64,000 nt of DNA from Octopus bimaculoides. Lineage: Eukaryota. The position numbers and the translations under genes were made by a program. The DNA lies in assembly GCF_001194135.2 (NCBI RefSeq), contig NC_068984.1, positions 121,927,802-121,991,801 of the forward strand, written 5' to 3'. Shown piece after piece: positions 1 to 13,500 of the stretch; positions within the stretch are counted from its first letter, which is position 1, and every line of letters starts with the position of its first letter. The notes below the pieces were generated by a model. The model did not search any database, was not told the origin of the DNA, and saw nothing but the letters and a program-made list of their open reading frames with translations.

Positions 1-210
1 CGTTTTCGTGCGGGTGACACGTAAAAGCACCCACTACACTTTCTGAGTGGTTGGCGTTAGGAAGGGCATCCAGCTGTAGAAACTCTGCCAAATTAGATTG
101 GAGCCTGGTGTAGCCATCCGGTTGCACCAGTCCTCAGTCAAATCGTCCAACCCATGCTAGCATGGAAAACGGATGTTAAACGATGATGATGATGATGATG
201 ATGATGATGA
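1..210 (+). mobile_element. Family C: RTE-type 3' end repeat (SINE or LINE tail) ending in (GAT)n
   Basis: ...GGAAGGGCATCCAGCTGTAGAAACTCTGCC...CCAACCCATGCTAGCATGGAAA.CGGA.GTTAAACGATGATG; near-identical copies at 6724-6876 (+), 11660-11825 (-), 42472-42785 (-) and 58637-58775 (+); older copies elsewhere. Confidence 0.85.
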
Positions 211-813
211 TATATATATATATATATAACGGGCTTCTTTCAGTTTCTGTCTACAATCCACAAGGCATTGATCAGCTTGAAGCTATAGTAGAAAACACTT
301 GCCTGAAGTGCACATTGGGACTGAACCTGAAACCATGTAATAGTAAAGAAGTGAGCTCCTTAACCACACAGCTATGGCTGTGCCTAACTTCATTATGCAT
401 TCATGTTATACTTATGATTTTGAGCTGAAGTCAAAAGTTTGAAATGAAGTGGAATGGTTTCCATGAGGTTGAGACATGCCTTGCCACCACTACATGAAAA
501 CAAAGCCTCAAGCAGTGATTTAGGGACCCATGAAACAAGTTGTGTCCTACTGATTACTCAGCTGAGATCTTTATAACAAAAAGTACTCAAATATGAGTGT
601 TTATAAAGAGGGTTAAAGAGGAAACATATTAACAGCAATGTCTGACTTAATCTTAAAGGAAGAGAAAGAAACATAAATCAAAACCTGTATTGCTGTTATT
701 GTTGTTGGGTGTAGTAGCAGCAGTAGTAGCAGTAGTAGTAGTAGTAGTAGTAGTAGCAGTAGTAGAAAGTAGTAGCAACAGCACCAGTGGTTGTGATGGA
801 CGTGGGGGTGATG

Positions 814-852
<39 letters not shown>

Positions 853-1031
853 CTAGTCATAGTAGTAGCAGCAGAACATTTGTAATAGTAGTAGCAACAG
901 TGGTGGTGATAGGTGAAGTAATAGAAGTAACAACAACAACAACCACAACCACAACACAGGTTTCAGGTAAGAAATAAATAAATATACATAAAATAAATAA
1001 CAGAAAGAAAGACAGATAGATCATTGCTTAC

Positions 1032-1107
1032 GGTACAACGATTTGGGAAGCGCTGACAAAGTCTTCAGTGTTACTGGCTGCAAACTGGACGATGAGTGGC
1101 CGGTCAA
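1032..1107 (-). CDS. DUS4L: DUS4L third coding exon
   Basis: (V)DRPLIVQFAASNTEDFVSASQIVV(P), matching D-x-PLIVQFAAND...ARIVCP of Dus4. Acceptor ttctttgtttCAG|TT and donor CC|GTAAGC; phase 1 start is consistent with the upstream exon. The NCGCP catalytic exon is not in the window. Confidence 0.93.
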
Positions 1108-2437
1108 CTGAAACAAAGAAGAAATAAAGATTGGAGTGAATACACCCATGTGGCCCCACATTACTCATCATAAAGCCCAGTATACTTAATTCTGGCCCTT
1201 TTTTTTGTTTTGTTTTGTTTTCTAACAACTGTTATGTGCAGTATAGCACGTCTGTCTTTCTATGCCATGTTTTTTGGTTTGTTTGGATGGTATTTTGGGA
1301 GGGGGTGGGTTGTTGGTGGTAGTAGTAGTGTGTGTGNNNNNNNNNNNNNNNNNNNNNNNNNNNNNNNCTATGTCTTTGCAAGCACATGGTTTCAGGTTCA
1401 GTCCTACTGCACAGTACTTTGGACAAAGTGTCTTTTACTGTAACCCTGAGTCAACCAATGTTTTATTGATGAATTCGACATGGAAACTATGCAGAAGCCT
1501 GTGTGTGTGTGTGTGTGTATGTGTGTTTGTGTGTGTATGTGCGTGTGTGTGTGTGAATATGTGTCTTTGTGTTTGAGCCCCACTACTGCCCGACACCTAG
1601 TATTGGTTTGTTTATGTACCCATAACTTAGTGGTTCACTGAAAGAGATTGATAGAATAAGTAACAGGCTTTAAAATAAATACTAGGTGGTGGGGTGATTT
1701 ATTTTACTAAACTCTTCAAGATGGTTGAAACAAGTAAAAGACAGAAATGGTAACTTGCTCCTACACCACCTTAGCCCCTTCATTCAACCTTTCTTTATTT
1801 CATGGAGAAAAGAGAAAAAAAAGGTGTGAATGGTCCTTCATGATCCTCTCACGGATGACCGTGTGTGCGTGAGAGAGAAAAAGACACAGAAAGAGGGAGA
1901 GGGAGATTTTACTCCAGTATTAAACTGGTCCTTTATCTTATCAACCCCTGGAAAACAAAGTTGACTTTGGCAAAATTCAAATTCAAAATGCAAAGAGCTG
2001 GAACAATTACAAGTTGAATGTTCTAATGATTCTGCCATTATGATATGGTAGTTATAGAATATGTTAAAACTTGATAATACTGTGAGCAAATGAGATCAGA
2101 TATTGTAATATCCAGTTTGGGACAGAAAATAAAAGACCACTGATTAGATTTGAACATTGTACCTACAGCATCCTAAGTTAGAGACACATTTTGTGTTCTC
2201 TCAGTGAGCCGGTTCTTTTTTCTGACACAAACTAATGCTTGCAATGTCTAATATTATTGACAGTAACATTCTTTTAAGCAGCTGTTGATGCTGTTTTTAG
2301 TCCGAAGTCAATTCTGACATTGTAGATCATGGTCATAAGTTTGTTTTAATCAGGGCTGATCTACATGCGCACACTTGCACACACACAAACAACAACAACA
2401 ACAACAAAAGAGAATGTAACTTTCTAATACTACTCAC

Positions 2438-2559
2438 CATTACAAGTTGTGAAATCGCTGTCTCTGGCCTTCAATGAGCAGAGAAAACTATTTGAGACGA
2501 TCATGGGCGTATAAGCCAAGTCTACACCATATTTTCGAGTCAAAAGTCGAAATGGTAAC
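2438..2559 (-). CDS. DUS4L: DUS4L second coding exon
   Basis: (K)LPFRLLTRKYGVDLAYTPMIVSNSFLCSLKARDSDFTTCN, matching human DUS4L LAFRTLVRKYSCDLCYTPMIV...SIKARDSEFTT as recalled. Acceptor ctccacttCAG|G and donor G|GTGAGT; phase 2 start completes the AA|G Lys codon of the previous exon. Confidence 0.95.
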
Positions 2560-3280
2560 CTGAAGTGGAGATATAAACAAATATACATATATATATATAT
2601 AGATATTATTATCATCATTGTCATTTAACGTCCATCTTAAATGCGGGAATGGATTGGGCAGTTTCATAAAGACAGACGAAATTCCACAAAGCATTTTGTC
2701 CAGCATGCTAACAATTCTCTCAGCTTGCCACCTTTAATGGTTTTAAATGTTAACACAAGGCCAGCAATTTTAAAGGAAGGATTAAGTCAATATCATGCAT
2801 GGACCCAGTGCTTGACCAGTACTTATTTTATCAACCCCACAAGGATGAAAAGTAAATTCAATCTTGGTGGCATCTGAACTCAGAATGAGAAGCCAGAAGA
2901 TGAAAACCACTGAAAACTTTGCAGGATGCAGAGGAGCTGTTATGGGTTGCCAGCGATGAAGAGCACAAGTGGACCTGGTTGGCTCTACACATGATGATGC
3001 CTCTGGGATCACTAACTTGGAATGACCCCATTACATCAAGCAAGAGCACGAAGCCAAGCCAAAGCCATTTTGCTGGGTGCAGTAATAATTCTGCCAGCTT
3101 GCTACCTTCCAATAATAATAATAATAATCCTTTCTAATATAGACACAAGGCATGAAATTTTGGGGAGAGGGCTAGTTAATTACATCAGCCACAGTGCTCA
3201 ACTGGTACTTATTTCATGAGCTCCAGGATACTGAATGGCAACATCAACCTTCATGGAAGTTGAACTCAGAATGTTAAGAC

Positions 3281-3320
3281 AAACATCATCATCATCATCA
3301 TCATAATAATAATAATAATG

Positions 3321-3384
<64 letters not shown>

Positions 3385-3659
3385 TAATAATAGTAGTAGT
3401 AATTCAATAGTCTCTGTAGTTCATTGAATTACAGGGACTATAGAAAGTGTGGGTAAAATGTATCCCAGTAGTTATAGGTGCATTAGGAACTGTTACCAAA
3501 GATCTGAACAGCTGGATAAAGGAAACAGGCATTAAACCTAGTTTAGTACAGCTCCAGAAAACAGTGTTATTGGGGACAGCTAGGATACTTAGAAAGGTTC
3601 TTGGCATCTAAGGTTACTTGTTAGAAAATTTTCTTTTCCAACAATCTAATCTGTTGTGC

Positions 3660-3751
<92 letters not shown>

Positions 3752-3840
3752 NNNNNNNNNNNNNNNNNNNNNNNNNNNNNNNNNNNNNNNNNNNNNNNNN
3801 NNNNNNNNNNNNNNNNNNNNNNNNNNNNNNNNNNNNNNNN

Positions 3841-3931
<91 letters not shown>
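3281..3931. repeat. (CAT)n/(TAA)n microsatellite block, partly gapped, hosting R4/Dong insertions
   Basis: Directly visible trinucleotide tracts; responsible for the poly-I/L/Y/N ORFs. Confidence 0.95.
3404..3661 (+). mobile_element. 5'-truncated R4/Dong-like non-LTR retrotransposon (RLE C-terminus), copy 1
   Basis: IELQGL*KVWVKCIPVVIGALGTVTKDLNSWIKETGIKPSLVQLQKTVLLGTARILRKVLGI* followed by a short 3'UTR; (TAA)n on both sides. Confidence 0.8.
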
Positions 3932-3937
<6 letters not shown>

Positions 3938-4241
3938 TACAAAGACCTGGAAGTAGAAGTAACTCAAATGTGGAATCTAAAAACAGAAACAATTCCCATC
4001 ATAGTGGGCACAATAGGTATGATAAAAAAATATTCAGACAAATACATAACAAAAACATCAGGACTTACAAATATATATAACATACAGAAAATTGCACTGC
4101 TGGGCACTGCACACATCCTACGCAAAACACTTTCAATACAGTAACTATAAGAGCATCACAGCAAACCACAGCACATACCAAAGGCACACAGAGCTGCGCT
4201 CGGCAGTGAAGTGAAAGCACGTTATAAAAATAAAACTACTG
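3932..4241 (+). mobile_element. 5'-truncated R4/Dong-like non-LTR retrotransposon, copy 2 (different family)
   Basis: KKYKDLEVEVTQMWNLKTETIPIIVGTIGMIKK...IQKIALLGTAHILRKTLSIQ*; flanked by (TAA)n. Confidence 0.85.
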
Positions 4242-4251
4242 AATAATAATA

Positions 4252-4308
<57 letters not shown>

Positions 4309-4591
4309 CAAAAACCAAGTAAATTGTCAATGCATATTATGCATATCAAACATACTCTCACCTATTTAGTCTGTTAAAATGTCTCAACTGGTCGACATGT
4401 AACTTCTTTAATGTTCTTTCACTCTGATGATATTCCACTCAAAATCTCCAATTGAGTATGAATTGAAACAATTGTAGGCAATGTTAATTAATTAATAAAT
4501 TAACTTTATCCATTAAATCTCTCCATTTTCTTGCTTAATAATTACACACACACACACACAGATATCTATCTGTGATAGGTAGATAGATAGG

Positions 4592-4626
<35 letters not shown>

Positions 4627-4627
4627 G

Positions 4628-4691
<64 letters not shown>

Positions 4692-4944
4692 CAGATAAAC
4701 TGATAGACGTATGGTGGGCTTCTTTCAGTTTCTGTCTACCAAATCCACTCACAAGGCTTTGATTGACCCGACGCTGTAGAAGAAGACACCTGCCCAAGGA
4801 ACCTGGGACAAAAGCAAACTTTTTATCACACAACCACACCTGATGCTTATTATCTCATTTGTAGCATTTATTTCAGAGATATAAGGTAATCAACATTACA
4901 GTTATTATAAACATGTTAAAGATAGGCTCCATATAGTCACTTAA

Positions 4945-5160
4945 CCCCTTGCAGACAGGAAGCAGTACTGACTACATCAAAACACTGTGTGCATGAGCAG
5001 ATGTCTCCCTCTGTGTGGCACTGTGTTTTCAAACATGCCACACTGAGAAGAATCTGTAAATGTACTGAAAAATTCCTTGTATGAAAGTTTATGTCGTTAC
5101 TGAATGGCCTAATACCAGTACACAGCACAAACTGTCAGTACTAAAACCGTTTGCAAGGGG
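4945..5160. mobile_element. piggyBac-type MITE
   Basis: TTAA on both sides; TIR CCCCTTGCA(G/A)AC. Confidence 0.8.
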
Positions 5161-6061
5161 TTAAACTGCTAGAAGGAGAAACCAAATTTTCTTCATATCA
5201 AATCCCACAATCTTAAAAAGAAAAAAATACAAGTTTACTGCAAAAAAGGAAGGATAGTCAAGGCTGGAATGGCTTTGATCAGAGATCTGCTAAACAAGAA
5301 CAACAACTTATATGAGTCAGAAGGTAAATGTTTGTAAAACATTAATAAAAAGAATAAACAAACTAAAAAAATGTTTAAAAAATAACACATGACTAAGGGA
5401 GATAAGTCTTGCAGATATTTTTGAGGACTTATCTTGTATTTAAACAAAACATACACACACAAACACACACATAAAATGACACACGTTTGTCTATCTGTCT
5501 CTCTTTTTTCTTTCACTCTCTCTCTCTCTCTCCGTACACACACTCCCTCTCTCTTTCTCTCTCTCAAATGTGTTTGTGTGTGTGATGGGGAGGGAGGTGT
5601 TTGAACACACACACACACAAGCACATATTTATGAACAGATGTAAAATATTTCAGTAATTTCCGTATGCCAAAAAAGTAAAAAAAAAAAACAAAAACAAAA
5701 ATAAAATAAAAACATACACATTAAAAACTATAAAGTATGTCAACAGTTTTATATAATACTGTTTACAAACTCTATGGTTATATTCTACACAATGCTCATA
5801 TATAAGGCCCAGTCATAGTCAAAGCCACATACACACACACACACATTTACATATACACATATGTACATGTGTGTGTGTGTGTTAACAAGAAGGAAGTCCA
5901 CATAAAAAAATAATAACAATTGAAAAATGAGATATCACATCATTGTTACTCCGAGTTTCACATTACTGCTTATAGTCACTTTGTCTGGAAGGAAAAAGCA
6001 ATACAAGACTCGGAGTGAGAGCAACGAAAAATACCAGTTTTTAATAACAACACTAATAATT

Positions 6062-6096
<35 letters not shown>

Positions 6097-6564
6097 CTTT
6101 TCTACTGTAGGTACAAGCCCTGAAATTTTTTATTCACCCCGAAAGATGAAAGGCAAAGTTCGACCTCAGTGGAATTTGAACTCAGAACGTAGTGATGGGC
6201 GAAATAACGCTAAGCATTTTGTCTAATGTGCTAATGATTCTGCCAGCTCACTGCATTAATAATAATCCTTTCTACTATAGGCACAAGGCCTGAAATTTAG
6301 GGGAGGGGATAGTCGTTTACATTGAGCCCAGTACTCAACTGGTATTTATCTTATCGACCCTGAAAGGATGAAAGGCAAAGTCAACCTCAGCAGAATTTGA
6401 ACTCAAAACATAAAAATGGATGAAATATCACTAAGCATTTTGTCCAGCGTGCAAACAATTCTGCTAGCTCACCACCTGAATAATAATGATAATAATAAAA
6501 ATGTTCACCATCACCCCTCCACCTCACCATCATCATTATTATTTAACATCCATATTCCCTGCTG

Positions 6565-6612
<48 letters not shown>

Positions 6613-8286
6613 GCCATAGAGTGACCAAATCCTTGTGAGTGTTAGGTGTAGGTGACTAAACCATTCAAGACAGTGCCCCAGGATGGCCAAAATCCAATGA
6701 CAGAAACAGGTAAAAGATAAAAACCACTCTCGGAGTGGTTGGTGTTAGGAAGGGCATCCAGCTGTAGAAACTCTGCCAAATCAGATTGGAGCCTGGTGTA
6801 GCCATCTGGTTCACCAATCCTCAGTCAAATCGTCCAACCCATGCTAGCATGGAAAGCGGACGTTAAACGATGATGATATACACATATATACTCATACATA
6901 TATATGTGCACACAAAGATCTTTATTTTATATTGCAATTAGTAAACAATAAGTTTTGTTGGTTGTAATTTCCACTAGGCCAATCACTGGTTCACAACATT
7001 TCTGGCAGCGGGAATGACAAGAGGGTGTCTGTGTAACTTGCAGCAGAATGAATAAACACAAGAGACTTCAAAAAGTAGCAGTCTTTCGTTTTACTCAACA
7101 ATGCTTACATCACTGACAAATACAATATGGATATCACTTGCAGTCAGTATGACTTGATATCAGTATGAAATATACTTTTGCACATCTAGCTGTGAGGAGT
7201 CACAGTCACTTTTCCACTTTTCCCATATTTGACCAAGCAGAACATCCAGGATGTAACAGTTGGATGGAGAAAGGACTATACTAACAATAGGCAGTGACTA
7301 TATTTATTAAGTCTAAAAGGATGAAAAGCAAAGTTGATCTAAATTGTATTTGAACTTAGAGTACAGGGAATCAAAGCAAATCTCACGACACTTTGACTGT
7401 CAATTTACTGCTTTTCTTTTTCACACACACACACACACACCCTTTTCTTTGTAGCATCTTTACCTCTGGTGCAACCAGGGCAGCAGTACTATAGAATTTA
7501 AAATTGTTGGACTTAAGAGGGGGAAGCAGAATGGAGAGAATGTAGTGAGTGAGCAGAAACAGGAGGGGGATATCAAGGGGGATATGTTGTGGGGAAGAGA
7601 TTCAAAAGGTGTGACAGGAAGGTAGAGGGGAGGTAGGTGGAGCAGACGGTGAGCATTGGTGGGAGAAAAGAGGAGGTGCTGGGAAGATGGGATGTAGGGA
7701 AATGGTTTGTCAAGGACATATTTTCTGTGGGGTTGGGTTGGGGAATACAGATATAAAGAGCATGTCCCTATGGCCATAATTTTACTTAGCTGGGCAGGTC
7801 TTCTCAAGCACACCAAATTGTCTCAGTCCTTTGTCATCTCCTCTGTAGGATGTTTATATATATATATATATNNNNNNNNNNNNNNNNNNNNNNNNNNNNN
7901 NNNNNNNNNNNNNNNNNNNNNNNNNNNNNNNNNNNNNNNNNNNNNNNNNNNNNNNNNNNNNNNNNNNNNNNNNNNNNNNNNNNNNNNNNNNNNNNNNNNN
8001 NNNNNNNNNNNNNNNNNNNNNNNNNNNNNNNNNNNNNNNNNNNNNNNNNNNNNNNNNNNNNNNNNNNNNNNNNNNNNNNNNNNNNNNNNNNNNNNNNNNN
8101 NNNNNNNNNNNNNNNNNNNNNNNNNNNNNNNNNNNNNNNNNNNNNNNNNNNNNNNNNNNNNNNNNNNNNNNNNNNNNNNNNNNNNNNNNNNNNNNNNNNN
8201 NNNNNNNNNNNNNNNNNNNNNNNNNNNNNNNNNNNNNATATTATAAAATATTATAAAATATAGGATACTCCATCTCCTCGGGGTCC

Positions 8287-8327
<41 letters not shown>

Positions 8328-10690
8328 GTAATATACAGCAAATAAAAACAGAAAACATTCAAATCCAATTTTCATAGTTGACCCATGAAAATATACAAAA
8401 CAGGATGAAAAGGTATGAGATGAAATACAACCGTACATCCTAAAGGTGTATACATATATATTCTTTTACCTGTTTCAGTCATTTGGCTGCAGCCATGATG
8501 GAGCACCAACTTAAAGGGTTTTAGTCACTAACCCTTACTTGAAAAACAAGTAAGGGTTAGTGACAGGAAAAACATTTTGTGTATGTCTCTTGACATCATG
8601 TGATGGTTGTAAACAAGCACCACCATCATACAAGCAATATTCTCCATTCCCGGTTTTCTATGGAAAACATATCTGGCCATGGGGAAATATTACGTTGCTT
8701 GGAAACAGGTTAGAATTGGCAACAGGAAGGACATTCTGTCTGACACATGCTAACATGGAAAAGAGGACACTAAATGATGATGACAATATATCGTCCTTCT
8801 CCTGTCTCCCTATATCATCATTATCATTCTTCTGCTTCACACTGTCAGCCATCTCCTATTCTCTCCATCTCCCCTAACTCATGCATCATTGGTGACCCAC
8901 CATTCACTATATCTGTCCTTCAGCTTTCCCCAATCTTTACAGTGGTCACCTACCTATTCTCATCTATTCCCTATATCTTACTTCCCCATACTGTTTTACA
9001 ACCTACCCACACTCCTGGTTCTTGTGTCCCTTTCACTTCTACATACCCCATATCTTCACGGTCCACTCTAACCCCTCATTGCCATCATTTCTACCTCTTT
9101 CCAACTCCCTCCGATCATGCCTACCCTTCCTTTTAGAATGTCAGTAGCCATTTAGCTCCTCTACAGCAAGAAACCCGTTCTGCTCTGGCCCCGTCTCTCA
9201 TACTTTTACCCTACATTTCCTTTGAGGTTTGTAGCCTTCGCAGCTGTATGGCGACCACACTAGTTGTGATGGCATGCAAAAAAAAAAAAAAAAACCCCAC
9301 TGTAAAGTAGCTGGCAACAGGGAGCACATAGCCAATAGGCAAACCATGGCAAAGCAGACACCAGGGTGCAATGCAGTCCTTCGGCTCATCAGATCCTGTC
9401 AAACTGTGCAACCCCTGCTAGCATGGAACATGGATTAAATGATGTATGTTATGTATGTATACTTGCACGGGGACACACGCATGCACACACACACACGCAG
9501 ACACACATACACACACAGACATACATACACACGCAGACACGCACACATAAATATATGATGGGCTTTTCTTAGTTTCCACCTACCAAACCAATTCACAAAG
9601 CCTTGATCTGCCCAGAGTATAGAAGACACTTGCCTAAGGTGCCATGTAGTGGGACTGAACCAAAAATCATGTGATCGGGAAGCGAACTCCTTAAACACGC
9701 AGCCATCTTTGCGTCACTTTGATGGCGTGTGCTGCTCTCTCGCTCATAAACATACATACATAGATGTGCGTATATTTAATATTCATGTACATGAAGAAGC
9801 ATTTGTGCAGTCACTAAACTTTCTAAAATTGCAGCTAAACCTCTCTCAAATCACATCCTACTATTTAAAAAAAGAGAAAGAACAGTAGCTTAAACATTGG
9901 ATAATGTAGTCCTAGATACTGTATATATGAATACACAGGTGGGGGGGGGGTCATAACTGAAACTCCTTACATTATAAGTCTTCTGGATTAGGCTGGGTTG
10001 GGTTAGACAACAATAGCATAAACACACACAGACACACAATATAATACCACCACCACCACCANNNNNNNNNNNNNNNNNNNNNNNNNNNNNNNNNNNNNNN
10101 NNNNNNNNNNNNNNNNNNNNNNNNNNNNNNNNNNNNNNNNNNNNNNNNNNNNNNNNNNNNNNNNNNNNNNNNNNNNNNNNNNNNNNNNNNNNNNNNNNNN
10201 NNNNNNNNNNNNNNNNNNNNNNNNNNNNNNNNNNNNNNNNNNNNNNNNNNNNNNNNNNNNNNNNNNNNNNNNNNNNNNNNNNNNNNNNNNNNNNNNNNNN
10301 NNNNNNNNNNNNNNNNNNNNNNNNNNNNNNNNNNNNNNNNNNNNNNNNNNNNNNNNNNNNNNNNNNNNNNNNNNNNNNNNNNNNNNNNNNNNNNNNNNNN
10401 NNNNNNNNNNNNNNNNNNNNNNNNNNNNNNNNNNNNNNNNNNNNNNNNNNNNNNNNNNNNNNNNNNNNNNNNNNNNNNNNNNNNNNNNNNNNNNNNNNNN
10501 NNNNNNNNNNNNNNNNNNNNNNNNNNNNNNNNNNNNNNNNNNNNNNNNNNNNNNNNNNNNNNNNNNNNNNNNNNNNNNNNNNNNNNNNNNNNNNNNNNNN
10601 NNNNNNNNNNNNNNNNNNNNNNNNNNNNNNNNNNNNNNNNNNNNNNNNNNNNNNNNNNNNNNNNNNNNNNNNNNNNNNNNNNNNNNNNNN

Positions 10691-10741
<51 letters not shown>

Positions 10742-11080
10742 TGCACGATTAAAAGACAGAATGGTCATGGTTAGAGCATGTTTATTAAGGAACTTTAGGA
10801 TGTGATTCAAGGAAAACTTGGTTGCTATTTCTAGTAAGTCGAGTGACCGCGTAGCTACCACCACCACCACCACCACCAACAACAACAACATTATCATCAC
10901 CATCCCCAACTACCACCATCACCATAACGATTACAGTCCCCACCACCACCTCCTTCTCTGCCACCGCCACCACCACCACCACTATTACCATCACCATCAT
11001 CACTATCATTACTAACATCACTACTACCATAGCTAGCAGGCCACAGTAACCTACCTAAATAATGCAACTGAAACACAGAC

Positions 11081-11119
<39 letters not shown>

Positions 11120-11323
11120 CACAGACACAAGCAGTATGATGATGAGTCAGAGTCATTAAGAGGTGGCTGGCAGGTCAGGTCAGGTGTGTGTGCTTGCATG
11201 CACACACAAACAGTTGTGTCTGTAGTCTGTGCACATCTACGCTGCTGCACTATCCTTGTCACATTTACTTATGCGATGCAGCAATCACTGCAATGAGGTG
11301 ACTGATTGCTCTCATCACAGATA

Positions 11324-11409
<86 letters not shown>

Positions 11410-11553
11410 ACCTATATGTATGCATATGTTTTCATACACACACACACACACACACACGGGCACGCACACATTTGAAGTACTTGTATGTGGGCATAGTTTG
11501 GTGTGTTGCAATGTGCATTGATGTTAGTATATCAGTATGTATAAGTATGACTA

Positions 11554-11597
<44 letters not shown>

Positions 11598-11823
11598 AAT
11601 ACATACACACACAGATAAATAAATTGATACATATGTTATGTATGTATATATATATATATCATCATCATCATCATCATCATCGTTTAACGTCCGCTTTCCA
11701 TGCTAGCATGGGTTGGACGATTTGACTGAGGACTGGTGCAACCGGATGGCTACACCAGGCTCCAATCTAATTTGGCAGAGTTTCAACAGCTGGATGCCCT
11801 TCCTAACACCAACCACTCAGAGA

Positions 11824-11861
<38 letters not shown>

Positions 11862-11862
<1 letters not shown>

Positions 11863-11983
11863 CAGCTGAAAGTTACAGAGTGACTCAAGGTTCAAGAGTT
11901 TCATACACTGGTACTTAACAAACTTTGGTAAGTGCCAATGCACAAAACTCTTAGCCCTTGAGTCACTCTGTAACTACTGCTGA
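11862..11983 (-). other. Long hairpin / inverted repeat (47-bp stem, 11-nt loop)
   Basis: 11871-11917 pairs register-exactly with 11929-11975: 39 Watson-Crick pairs including a perfect 20-bp block; flanked by (TA)n. Confidence 0.9.
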
Positions 11984-13129
11984 TTAATATATATATATAT
12001 ATATATATACATATACATACACACACACACACATATATGATGATGATGGAGTAGACTGATGATGATGTTGTAAAATAGATAGGAATAAGAAGGGCATCCA
12101 GCCATAAAGCCTAAGCCCACCAAACTGAAGTAGAAATGGCAAACGCATGAATTCAGCAACCTGCAGTGCAGGCAACTGTCAAGATCACTAGTAACTGAAT
12201 AAATACTGATATAAGGTAGGGGGGAATTTTAGTCTTGGCAGAATACCCCTCCAGTGTGGGTGGTATTATAAAATGCACCCAGTTCATGATGCAAAGTGGT
12301 TGACAATATGGAAAACATCCAGCTATTAAAAATAAACATGCAAAAAAAAACTCAAAAAACATGACGTACATAATCACAGAGATTGGTAGCTTTCTCTGTT
12401 GTGTGTGTGCCGGATGGTGAAAGACTGCTTACAGCTGGTGAGACAACGCCTTCATATATGTCTCTTGTTATAGTGTAGGTTCATCTGTGATTTTGCTCAG
12501 TATAAAATGTTCACATTTTGTTTTCGTATATTGGTTTCAAATTTTGGCACAAGGCCAGCAATTTCATGGAAGGGGGATTAATTGATTACATCAACCCCAG
12601 TGTTCAACTGGTACTTATTTTATCGACTCTGAAAGGATGAAAGGTAAAGTCGACCTCGGCGGAATTTGAACTCAGAATGTAAGGACAGATAAGATGACGT
12701 TAAGTATTTTGCCTGGTGTGCTAATGATTTTGCCAGTTCACCACCTTAATTTGTTTTCATGTGTTGACATTTATTTCATGTACATTCATTATGTCTTTTC
12801 AAGAAGATATTAAGCCTCAAATAGTGTCGCTAGGTGAGGCTGGCTGACACTTAAGCAGCATCACTGATTGACAGGTAGACCAAGGTAGCGATCTCATTCA
12901 TAGCATGCCCTCCTCCTGGTTCAAAGGCTTGTAACACCAAACAGCTGGTCGGTTCTGGCTGCTGGAACTGAAACTAACACAACACTGTTGGAAGGCAGGT
13001 TTAGTAAAGGTGCAGCCAAAACTAAGCGCCCTTCTCCTCCATTAGTCATCGAATGACTAGGAGGGTACATCCAGGTAAAATAGCAAACAAAGAGGGTCAA
13101 CAGGTAAAAAATGGTCGAGAAACTCTCGA

Positions 13130-13500
13130 CGTTTTCTTAGCAGTTTTTATGTTGTTCTTCTGCTCATTCCTGTAATGCCCAGAGTTCCACAGGCCTTACT
13201 TAGGGTACAGCCTGCAAACCCTCAACTGCCAACCTCCACCAGCAAACACACCTCTCTATCCATTCTTGTGGCAGTCCTCTTCCTCTCTGGTACCTTCTCC
13301 AAAGTTTGGAGTATCCCCTTCCAACATATTTTAAATATGAATTTCTGCATATTTTTCTATTTCAGATAGAGTTTTTCAATCTGCAGCAGTTCATCAGCAA
13401 AGAGACAGTCTTCATGGTGCAGGACCAGTACATTACTACCAGTTCAACACCAAGTTTAACAATATGAGGTGATCGTAATTGGGAGTAATTCTGACAATTG
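13130..13500 (-). mobile_element. Degenerate HERO/NeSL-like RLE retrotransposon 3' coding fragment
   Basis: VEVGS*GFAGCTLSKACGTLGITGMSRR resembles the PVEVGCRGF...SL..A...LGI.G.RRR motif of HERO-clade elements as recalled. Confidence 0.55.

Noticed and set aside
5230-5330. Plus-strand exon-like stretch (KKGRIVKAGMALIRDLLNK...E|GTAAAT)
   Set aside because: It resembles a recurring repeat tail also seen near 9840, 30900 and 34520, and has no acceptor tract.
11279-11312. Small hairpin GCAATCA...TGATTGC as a miRNA candidate
   Set aside because: Only about 7 contiguous pairs; too short for a pre-miRNA.
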